Assembly: GCA_964016885.1 (NCBI GenBank)
Contig: OZ024742.1
Span: 208,382,001-208,446,000, forward strand
DNA from: Eledone cirrhosa
Lineage: Eukaryota
Length of the DNA stretch: 64,000 nt
Direction: 5' to 3'
Below are positions 33,813 to 46,291 of this stretch, piece after piece. The notes under the pieces are model-generated. The model was not told where the DNA came from, made no database searches, and saw nothing but the letters and a program-made list of their open reading frames with translations. The translations under genes and the position numbers were made by a program. Position 1 is the first letter of the stretch, and every line of letters begins with the position of its first letter.

Positions 33813-34177
33813 AATATGGTTTTATAAATATAGTTTCCATTTATTTAATATTGTAAATATACTCCAAATATTTGTCGAGTGCTTTTATATCAGTTATAAA
33901 TATTTACTAGTTGTAACACAACAATTTAAATATAACTTTCCATATATATAATATATATATATTTAATATATATATATAATATATATATATATATATAATA
34001 TATATATATAATATATATATATAATATATATATATAATATATATATATATATATTATATATATATATAATATATATATATAATATATATATATATATTAT
34101 ATATATATATAATATATATATAATATATATATATAATATATATATATATAATATATATATATAATATATATGTATAT

Positions 34178-34208
<31 letters not shown>

Positions 34209-34521
34209 ATATATATATATATATTATATATATATAATATATATATATATAATATATATATATAATATATATATATATAATATATATATATATTATATAT
34301 ATATATAATATATATATATATTATATATATATATAATATATATATATATAATATATATATATATAATATATATATATATAATATATATATATATAATATA
34401 TATATATTATATATATAATATATATATATTATATGTATGTATAATATATATATATATATAATATATATATATATATAATATATATATATATTATATATAT
34501 TATATATATATTATATATATA

Positions 34522-34564
<43 letters not shown>

Positions 34565-34634
34565 ATTATATATAATTTATATAAATATTATATATATATA
34601 TTATATATATATATTATATATATATTATATATAT

Positions 34635-34824
34635 AGGGTGGTGGATTGGCAGTATCGGTAGAGGGTCGGACGCCATGCTTTCCAGCATAGTTACGTCCCT
34701 TTATGATCTGAGTTCAAATCCCGCCGAGGTTGACTTTGCCTTTCATCCTTACGGGGTCGATAAAATAAAGTACCAGTAATGCACTGGGTAATTTGCTGGC
34801 CTTGTGCCTAAAGTAGAAACAATT
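34635..34824 (+). mobile_element. Full-length tRNA-derived SINE (octopus OK-like)
   Basis: A box TGGCAGTATCGG, B box GAGTTCAAATCC, body ctttgcctttcatcctt.cggggtcgataaaataaagtaccagt. Confidence 0.9.
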
Positions 34825-35143
34825 ATATATATATATTATATATATATTATATATATATATTTATTATATATATATATATATATATAATATATTTATATTA
34901 TATATATATTATATATATAATATATATATATTATATATATATTATATATATATATATTATATATATATATTATATATATATATATAATTTATATATATAT
35001 TATATATATATATTATATATATATATATATTATATATATAATATATATATATATTATATATACATAATATATATATATATATATATAATATATAAAATAA
35101 AGTTAAATAAAAGTCAAATGTTTAAAATTTAGCTCCGTTTTTT

Positions 35144-35198
35144 ACTGCTATATATATTTCAGTGACAGCCATCTTTGGCTGTGACCCCTTCAGGCAGT
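35144..35198 (-). ncRNA. Hammerhead ribozyme, family C (core CTGAAGG)
   Basis: Mirror of 36091-36145 with A9>G. Confidence 0.72.
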
Positions 35199-35290
35199 TT
35201 GAATTAGTATGGTATAGACAAGTACATATAATATATATATATACATATTATATATATAAAATATATATATATTATATATTTATATTATAT

Positions 35291-35334
<44 letters not shown>

Positions 35335-35506
35335 AATATATATATATTATATATAATATATATATAATATATATATTATATATATATAATATATATATAT
35401 ATATAATATATATATTATATATAATATATATATATATATAATATATATATATATATAATATATATATATATAATATATATATATATAATATATATATATA
35501 TATTAT

Positions 35507-35537
<31 letters not shown>

Positions 35538-35603
35538 TATATATATAATATATATATATATATAATATATATATATAATATATATATATAATATATATAT
35601 AAT

Positions 35604-35637
<34 letters not shown>

Positions 35638-36021
35638 ATATATATATCATATATATAATATATATATTATATATATATGTTATATATATATAATATATAT
35701 ATATAATATATATATATATTATATATATATATTATATATATATATAATATAATATATATATATAATATATATATATTATATATATATATAATATATATAT
35801 ATCATATATTTATATAATATATAAATATATATTATATATATATATATATTATATACATATATAATATAAATATATAATATATATATATTATATATATATA
35901 TATACTAATATATATATATATATATTATATATATATATAATATAAATATATAATATATATATATTATATATATATATATACTATATATATATATATATTA
36001 TATATATAATATATATATATT

Positions 36022-36066
<45 letters not shown>

Positions 36067-36090
36067 CTTGTCTATACCATACTAATTCAA

Positions 36091-36145
36091 ACTGCCTGAA
36101 GAGGTCACAGCCAAAGATGGCTGTCACTGAAATATATATAGCAGT
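36091..36145 (+). ncRNA. Type I hammerhead ribozyme, family C
   Basis: actgc-CTGAAGA-ggtcacagcca aaga tggctgtcact-GAAA-tatata-TA-gcagt. Confidence 0.88.
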
Positions 36146-36559
36146 AATAAACGGAGCTAAATTTTAATCATTTGACTTTTATTTAACTTTATTTTATATA
36201 TTATATATTTATATAATATATATATATATAAATATATTATAAATATATATATATATAATATATATATAATATATATATATATATAATATATATATAAATT
36301 ATATATATATATATAATATATATATAATATATATATATAATATATATATATAATATATATATATATATATAATATATATATAATATAAATATATTATATA
36401 TATAATATATATATATTATATATATAATATATATATATTATATATATATATATATAAATAAAGGAACGATCGACTTTCGTCAAATCGGACCGAAGGAACA
36501 AAGTTTCCGTTGGTCTTTCCAATTGCTAATACTATCTATCGGTCGCGACTCCAGGTAGA

Positions 36560-36645
36560 AGGAGCAACGTGAAATAAAGTGTCTTGCTCAAGGACATAAC
36601 GCATCGCCTGGTCCAGGAATCGAACTCACAACCTTACGATTGCGA
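36560..36645 (-). mobile_element. Fragment of a second tRNA-derived SINE family
   Basis: B box AGTTCGATTCC followed by tgtccttgagcaagacactttatttcacgttgctcc; duplicated at ~41100-41185. Confidence 0.7.
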
Positions 36646-37603
36646 TATATATATATATAATATATATATAATATATATATATTATATATATAATATATAT
36701 ATAATATATATATATTATATATATATATATAATATATATATAATATATATATTATATATATATATAATATATATGTATAAATATATATAAATATATATAT
36801 ATATATATAAATATATATATATTATATATATATATATAAAATATATATGTATAAATATATATATATATAATATATATATAATATATATATATAAATATAT
36901 ATATATTATATATATATATATAATATATATATAATATATATATATAAATATATATGTATTATACATATATATATAATATATATATAATATATATAATATA
37001 TATATAATATATATATATAAATACATATGTATTACACATATATATATAATATATATATAATATATATATATAAATATATATGTATTATACATATATATAA
37101 TATATATATATATAAATATATATATATTATATATATATATAAAATATATATATAATATATATATATATATAATATATATATATAAATATATATATATATA
37201 AATATATATATATAAATATATAAATATAAATATATATATATTATATATATATATAAATATATATATATTATATATATATATAAATATATATATATAAATA
37301 TATATATAAATATATATATATAAATATATATATATTATATATATATATATAAATATATATATATATAAATATATATATATATAAATATATATATATATAA
37401 ATATATATAAATATATATATATATAAATATATATATATATAAATATATATATATATAAATATATATATATATAAATATATATATATTATATATATATGTA
37501 TATATAAATATATATATATATAAATATATATATATATAAATATATATATATTATAAATATATATATATTATATATATATGTATATATAAATATATATATA
37601 AAT

Positions 37604-38152
37604 ATAAAATATTAAACAAATAATGAACAAACAATTCCTTATATTAAACAAAAAAAGTTCACTATTTAACGATCGTTTCTAGGGCATATATGTGTTATAA
37701 TTGGTATGCATATTTAACAGATCTATGTACAAAATTATACAAAATTATACAAATTATCAAGATTAAATATACATACCTAACTCATATATACGCCGTCTTC
37801 AGAAATAATCATTATTTCTGAAGACGGCGTATATATGAGTTAGGTATGTATATTTAATCTTGATAATTTGTATAATTTTGTATAATTTTGTACATAGATC
37901 TGTTAAATATGCATACCAATTATAACACATATATGCCCTAGAAACGATCGTTAAATAGTGAACTTTTTTTGTTTAATATAAGGAATTGTTTGTTCATTAT
38001 TTGTTTAATATTTTATCTTGACTCTGTATACCGTTTATCTTTCACCGAAATTGGATTTTCATTACATCTCTTCTTTCCATGATATCCGGAATACATTGAG
38101 TTCTTCATACGGATTGGACACTACCGTAAACTCTTGGTAGATTTATCTACAT
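37604..38152. mobile_element. Fold-back pLTR mini-element, family J
   Basis: 206-bp arms 37604-37809 and 37811-38016 around a 1-nt apex, then a tail ending atctacat. Confidence 0.9.
37810..37960 (+). ncRNA. Type I hammerhead with very long stem II, family J (mirror copy at 37660-37810, minus strand)
   Basis: cattattt-CTGAAGA-116 nt-GAAA-cgatcg-TT-aaatagtg. Confidence 0.78.
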
Positions 38153-38192
38153 ATATATAAATATATATATATATAAATATATATATATTATA

Positions 38193-38336
<144 letters not shown>

Positions 38337-38419
38337 AATAATGATATATATATATATATATAATATATATATATTGTATATATATATATATATACTATTT
38401 ATATATATATATATAATAA

Positions 38420-38453
<34 letters not shown>

Positions 38454-38584
38454 ATATATATATAGATATGTATATAATATATATATATATATGATATACG
38501 TAGGTCCCGGGTTGAGTCGGGGATAACCACAGTAAGTAAGGTACTCAATACATGGCAGAGTAAATTTTTTTTATTTTATAGAAG

Positions 38585-38637
38585 GAGCTTCTACAGGACT
38601 AGTACTGTTTCATTCAGATGAAATCTTCAGGAAGCTC
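38585..38637 (-). ncRNA. Type I hammerhead ribozyme, family D
   Basis: gagcttc-CTGAAGA-t ttc atct gaa t-GAAA-cag tactagtc ctg-TA-gaagctc. Confidence 0.88.
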
Positions 38638-38638
38638 T

Positions 38639-38691
38639 GAGCTTCCTGAAGATTTCATCTGAATGAAACAGTACTAGTCCTGTAGAAGCTC
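38639..38691 (+). ncRNA. Type I hammerhead ribozyme, family D, mirror copy
   Basis: Identical motif on the plus strand. Confidence 0.88.
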
Positions 38692-38750
38692 CTTCTATAT
38701 ATAATATATATATATAATATATATATATATATAATATATATATAATATAT

Positions 38751-38783
<33 letters not shown>

Positions 38784-38956
38784 ATATATATATATATAAT
38801 ATATATATAATATATAATATATATATAATATATATTTATATATATAACATATATATAATATATATATATAATATATATATAATATATAATATATATATAA
38901 TATATATTTATATATATAACATATATATAATATATATATATAATATATATGTATAT

Positions 38957-38987
<31 letters not shown>

Positions 38988-39342
38988 ATATATATATAAT
39001 ATATATATATATATTATATATATATAATATATATATATATAATATATATATATAATATATATATATATAATATATATATATATTATATATATATATAATA
39101 TATATATATATTATATATATATATAATATATATATATATAATATATATATATATAATATATATATATTATATATATAATATATATATATTATATGTATGT
39201 ATAATATATATATATATATAATATATATATATATATAATATATATATATATTATCTATATTATATATATATTATATATATATATATTATATATATATATA
39301 TATATATTATATATAATTTATATAAATATTATATATATGTAT

Positions 39343-39373
<31 letters not shown>

Positions 39374-39668
39374 ATATATATATATTTATTATATATATAT
39401 ATATATATAATATATTTATATCATATATATATTATATATATAATATATATATATTATATATATATTATATATATATATATTATATATATATATTATATAT
39501 ATATATATAATTTATATATATATTATATATATATATTATATATATATATATATTATATATATAATATATATATATATTATATATACATAATATATATATA
39601 TATATATATATAATATATAAAATAAAGTTAAATAAAAGTCAAATGTTTAAAATTTAGCTCCGTTTTTT

Positions 39669-39723
39669 ACTGCTATATATATTTCAGTGACCTCCATCGT
39701 TGGCTGTGACCCCTTCAGGCAGT
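39669..39723 (-). ncRNA. Hammerhead ribozyme, family C, duplicate with stem II mutations
   Basis: Copy of 35144-35198. Confidence 0.62.
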
Positions 39724-40496
39724 TTGAATTAGTATGGTATAGACAAGTACATATAATATATATATATACATATTATATATATATAATATATATATATTAT
39801 ATATTTATATTATATATATATATATAATATATATATATATATAATATATTTATATATATATAATATATATATATTATATATAATATATATATAATATATA
39901 TATTATATATATATAATATATATATATATATAATATATATATTATATATATATATAATATATATATATATATAATATATATATATATAATATATATATAT
40001 ATAATATATATATATATTATATATATATATATATATTATATATATAATATATATATATATATAATATATATATATAATATATATATAATATATATATATA
40101 ATATATATATATAATATATATATCATATATATAATATATATATTACATATATATATTATATATATATAATATATATATATTATATATATATATTTTATAT
40201 ATATATATTATATATATATATAATATAATATATATATATAATATATATATATTATATATATATATAATATATATATATCATATATATATATAATATATAA
40301 ATATATATTATATATATATATATATTATATATATATATAATATAAATATATAATATATATATATTATATATATATATATACTATATATATATATATTATA
40401 TATATATATAATATAAATATGTAATATATATATATAATATATATATATATACTATATATATATATATATTATATATATATATAATATATATATATT

Positions 40497-40581
<85 letters not shown>

Positions 40582-40605
40582 CTTGTCTATACCATACTAA
40601 TTCAA

Positions 40606-40660
40606 ACTGCCTGAAGAGGTCACAGCCAAAGATGGCTGTCACTGAAATATATATAGCAGT
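40606..40660 (+). ncRNA. Type I hammerhead ribozyme, family C, duplicate
   Basis: Identical to 36091-36145. Confidence 0.88.
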
Positions 40661-40831
40661 AATAAACGAGGCTAAATTTTAATCATTTGACTTTTATTTA
40701 ACTTTATTTTATATATTATATATATATATACTATATATATATATAAATATATTATATATATATATATATATATAATATATATATAATATATACATATATA
40801 TAATATATATATAAATTATATATATATATAT

Positions 40832-40864
<33 letters not shown>

Positions 40865-41772
40865 ATATATATATATAATATATATATATAATATATATAT
40901 ATATATATAATATATATATAATATAAATATATTATATATATAATATATATATATTATATATATAATATATATATATTATATATATATATATATATAAATA
41001 AAGGAACGATCGACTTTCGTCAAATCGGACCGAGGAAACAATGTTTCCGTTGGTCTTTCCAATTGCTAATACTATCTATCGGTCGCGACTCCAGGTAGAA
41101 GGAGCAACGTGAAATAAAGTGTCTTGCTCAAGGACATAACGCATCGCCTGGTCCAGGAATCGAACTCACAACCTTACGATTGCGTTATATATATATATAA
41201 TATATATATAATATATATATATTATATATATAATATATATATAATATATATATATTATATATATATATATAATATATATATAATATATATATAATATATA
41301 TATATTATATATATATATATAATATATATATAATATATATATTATATATATATATAATATATATGTATAAATATATATAAATATATATATATAATATATA
41401 TATATAAATATATATATATTATATATATATATATAAAATATATATGTATAAATATATATATATTATATATATATATAATATATATATAATATATATATAT
41501 AAATATATATATATTATATATATATATATAATATATATATAATATATATATATAAATATATATGTATTATACATATATATATAATATATATATAATATAT
41601 ATAATATATATATAATATATATATATAAATATATATGTATTACACATATATATATAATATATATATAATATATATATATAAATATATATGTATTATACAT
41701 ATATATAATATATATAAATATATATATATTATATATATATATAAAATATATATATAATATATATATATATAT

Positions 41773-41818
<46 letters not shown>

Positions 41819-42064
41819 TATATATATAAATATATAAAGATATATATAATATATATATATAAATATATATATATAAATATATATATATTATATATATATA
41901 TAAATATATATATATATAAATATATATATATATAAATATATATATATATAAATATATATATATATAAATATATATATATATAAATATATATATATTATAT
42001 ATATATATATATATAAATATATATATATATAAATATATATATATATAAATATATATATATTATA

Positions 42065-42222
<158 letters not shown>

Positions 42223-42377
42223 GATATATATATATATATATATAATATATATATATTGTATATATATATATATACTATTTATATATATATATATATATAA
42301 TAAATATATAATATGTATATATATATATATGTAATATATATATATATATGTATATAATATATATATATATATAATAT

Positions 42378-42579
42378 ACGTAGGTCCCGGGTTGAGTCGG
42401 GGATAACCACAGTAAGTAAGGTACTCAATACATGGCAGAGTAAATTTTTTTTATTTTATAGAAGGAGCTTCTACAGGACTAGTACTGTTTCATTCAGATG
42501 AAATCTTCAGGAAGCTCTGAGCTTCCTGAAGATTTCATCTTAATGAAACAGTACTAGTCCTGTAGAAGCTCCTTCTATA
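42378..42579. mobile_element. Family D fold-back duplicate with HHRs at 42465-42517 (-) and 42519-42571 (+)
   Basis: Copy of 38498-38699 with one substitution at 42541. Confidence 0.9.
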
Positions 42580-42665
42580 TATAATATATATATATATATA
42601 ATATATATATATATAAAATATATATATATATATAATATATGTATATAATGTATATATATATATAT

Positions 42666-42696
<31 letters not shown>

Positions 42697-42743
42697 ATAT
42701 ATATATAATATATATATATATATAATATATATATAATATATAT

Positions 42744-42774
<31 letters not shown>

Positions 42775-42892
42775 ATATATATATATATAATATATATATA
42801 ATATATAATATATATATAATATATATTTATATATATAACATATATATAATATATATATATAATATATATATATATTATATAATATATATATA

Positions 42893-43062
42893 TTGTTATA
42901 CTTTGGGAGTGTCATGTTGCCAATAAGAAACACACGCACCAGGCTTTCACTTCAATTGCCGTCGGGGTCTAATATTTTCCTATCACCCACTCTACTACCC
43001 TAAGTATTGAGCTCTCTGGTGCGTTATGGTCCATCTGGTTCCTTACCACACCTCCTACGTTA
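42893..43062. mobile_element. Chimera of family B (minus) and family E (plus) pLTR tails
   Basis: 42893-42957 matches 20298-20362; 42958-43062 matches ~23195-23300. Confidence 0.8.
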
Positions 43063-43162
43063 TATATATGATATATATTTAATATATATATAATATATAT
43101 ATATATTATATATATATAATATATATATATATAAAGTATATATATATATATATAATATATAT

Positions 43163-43240
<78 letters not shown>

Positions 43241-43263
43241 ATATATATATTATCTATATATTA

Positions 43264-43311
<48 letters not shown>

Positions 43312-43583
43312 ATATATATATATCTAGTATATATATATATATATAATATATATATCAAATATTGATTTATTATTTTAAATCGAGACAGCCAAACCATATT
43401 ATTTTAAATTAGAATTATTCAACCTAACTAACTTGGTCATTTACAATTCGAACACATGTATACTTGTATCAGTGTTCATCCCCCTCATATATTGATTTGT
43501 ATTACACGGCTCGGAAATATTCCCTTCTTTGAGCTATTTAATTATAAAAGACTATTTCGAGTTTATAACTGAAAATATAATAA

Positions 43584-43638
<55 letters not shown>

Positions 43639-45277
43639 GTGTGTGTCTACACAGACGTACTTACTACACTAATGTGCACCCACATATTTACCCATACACA
43701 TAAACACACATGCACATATATATATATATGAATATGCAAGTATATATGCAAACATATTCATATACAAGTGTGTGCGGGCGAAAATGTATGCGTTTGTATA
43801 TACCCAAACCTAATGTATTGAATTGCTTTCTTCGTATTCTTATATACATACTTATATAAGCATATATGTATGCCTAGCTATACGTATATACGTACGTATA
43901 AACAGGTCTGTATATTATACAAAGAACAAACATACATAGAACTATGCCACGTTTGATGGACCATTGAGCATAATATTTGCCAACTTGTGTATACATGGAC
44001 GCATTTACTTTATTTAGTTTATCTTGGAACGTGCTAAACTAAAAAGGTTTGAACTATTTCGGCAAATGAGAAAAAGTAATCATTTTCCACAACTGTAATT
44101 CCATATGTTAGTATTAACGTTGTAGTATTCATGAATGTCTGATCTCATGTTAGGTTATCGTTTCCCTTTCATGCGCACATTACTGCTGTTTATGAGAACT
44201 CTGGGAGATGCAACAGGAGAGAATGGAGGACAAAAAATATTGAAAGAAAATTCAATGCCGTAATATCTCTAAACAATCTTATATATGAATATAATAAAAT
44301 ATGTATAAATAATATATATGCCATTGGATATTTTATTGATTTATTTGAAATATTGAAAATGTGAGTATGTGAAAATTAGAAAAGAAAACGTATACAGGAT
44401 TGCGCTGAGCTTTTGTAATTCTCTATATGTAAAAGCGTGAAGCCTGTAACCCATTTATCTTCAGTTTGCTGTACTAATGTTTGAAGCTTTTATCTGCATT
44501 TTTTCATATTTGCGCACAATATCTCTTGGTCCTTGATGTAAACTACATTTCATTGCACACGTCGTTATAGAACTTAACATAAACGAAAACTGTTATTCTC
44601 TTAGATAGACGTGGGGACTAATAGGCTCGAAAAGCAATAATGCACTAGATTATTACCGAGTTACCTTTGATACTTTTCTCGACTGAATTCTAATCCCACC
44701 ACGAATGACTTTGAATTTTACATTTCCATACACCATAAAATACATGCAAGGTTTGATTGAGGTAGCTATTCCGAAATCTAGGTATCGTCCACTTTTAATC
44801 GACCCCAGAGCTAAAGTAAAGAGCTGTACAAATTGTAGCCTGTTAAAATAAATTATAGTTTTTAATATTGCTGCTGTATGTTCCCGTTGAAACATTAGAC
44901 TGCTTGGGGGACTTATCTAAAGCGTTGGTAAATTAAATATCAGCTATTTAGTGAATTCAATTCAAAATATTGTGGCTTTATCACAGTAATTCGCCTGAAA
45001 ATGTGTCGACCACAAATTGAATAGGGTACACCACATTCAGTCCTGGTTGACAGCAATTATCTTCGTATACACCTCTAATACTTCTGAGAAACTTATAAGA
45101 GTTATATCATCTAGCGATATCTTGTAAATAAATGCCCTTTGTGTTTAAAACTATGTAGTTCCACCAGTGGTACGGATTATTCAAGCAATGTTCTTTTGTA
45201 AGTAAAGCATATTAAATTACGTCACTAGAGATTTTTTGCTATGCACAAAATAGTTTTTACACTTCATAAATAAGGAT

Positions 45278-45385
45278 TTCTGAGTTCAAATAGTGCCAAG
45301 GTCACCTTTCCCATTCATCTTTACAGGATTTAGAAATTAAAACACCAGTTTTTGCCCTTCCCTTTCCAAATTACTAGCCTGATCC
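45278..45385 (+). mobile_element. Decayed SINE fragment
   Basis: ctgagttcaaat..gccaaggtcacctttcccattcatc, similar to 34708-34780. Confidence 0.55.
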
Positions 45386-45892
45386 ACCAACCTACTGAGT
45401 ACAATATTTCAAAAAATTGATTTCACACCTAGTCCAAATATTAAATACATTTCCAAACTCACCATAGGTTTCATACATGGCATGAGAACTTTTTAAATGT
45501 AATATTTGATTATACTGAAGGCATTATAAAAAAACAACTACTTATTAAAGCGGGTGAAGGGCGTGGTTCTAACATGCTCGCTCAAACTGTGAAGAATAGC
45601 TTCTGGAACGTATCTAAAATCTCACCCAAATTTTCAAAAAGGCAGGACATACCTGGTAATGTAATTGTAGACATACTACATCTAAAAATGAATATGGGAT
45701 GGTTACGGCTGGAATATTTTCAATCCTAACTTTGCTTCTTCATGGCTGACTTGTGGATATGCAACAGCAGCATCGTCCTTTAAGACATATATGTTTAAAC
45801 TGGGGACCCCAAAACATTAAAAACGAGTATAAACTGACAAAAATTATCTGACAATTTATCCTAAAATCTTTTTGAGATCGGAGGACATATAA

Positions 45893-46111
45893 TAATGATT
45901 TCTGATTTAGGCACAAGGCTAACGATTTGAGAGGAGGGGACAGTCGATTAAATCGACCCCAGAGCGTTACTGCTACTTTATTTTATCGACCCCGTAAGGA
46001 TGAAATGTAAAGCTAACTTTGGCGGAATTTGAAATGAGAACGTAGAGGACCGTAAATATATGCCGCAAAGCCTGCTGTCTGACACTCCACCGATATTGCC
46101 AATCCACCGCC
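45893..46111 (-). mobile_element. tRNA-derived SINE (octopus OK-like), diverged
   Basis: Reverse-complement homology to 34635-34824. Confidence 0.8.
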
Positions 46112-46291
46112 ATATATCGTTTTATATATATTGTAGCTGAAAGAAAAGCGGGGATGGTCATGGATGGAATGTCATTTTTCATAGATCTATTAATCAGGAC
46201 TAGCCGGAGGTTACAGCAAAAGTGACAACAATAATCCGAAAGAATTACAAGTGTTACATCATTTAATCTAGTCACAGAATATGTCTATCTA

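Larger units (their letters stand above)
33472..33943. mobile_element. Fold-back pLTR mini-element, family I
   Basis: Arms ~33472-33644 and ~33678-33850; the plus arm continues as a tail to the TA array. Confidence 0.85.
38498..38699. mobile_element. Fold-back pLTR mini-element, family D
   Basis: Perfect palindrome 38577-38699 (apex 38638) plus a minus-strand tail ending gacctacgt. Confidence 0.9.

Noticed and set aside
34635-34720. tRNA gene
   Set aside because: A and B boxes belong to a SINE head; there is no cloverleaf and the body is repeated elsewhere in the window
36460-36555. cgatcg, TGACGAAA and a hairpin suggesting another ribozyme
   Set aside because: Motifs are not in hammerhead order; left unassigned
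45545-46235. Two similar gggatggt.a.gg.tggaat segments (~45695 and ~46150)
   Set aside because: Probably old retroelement 3' tails, too decayed to delimit or classify
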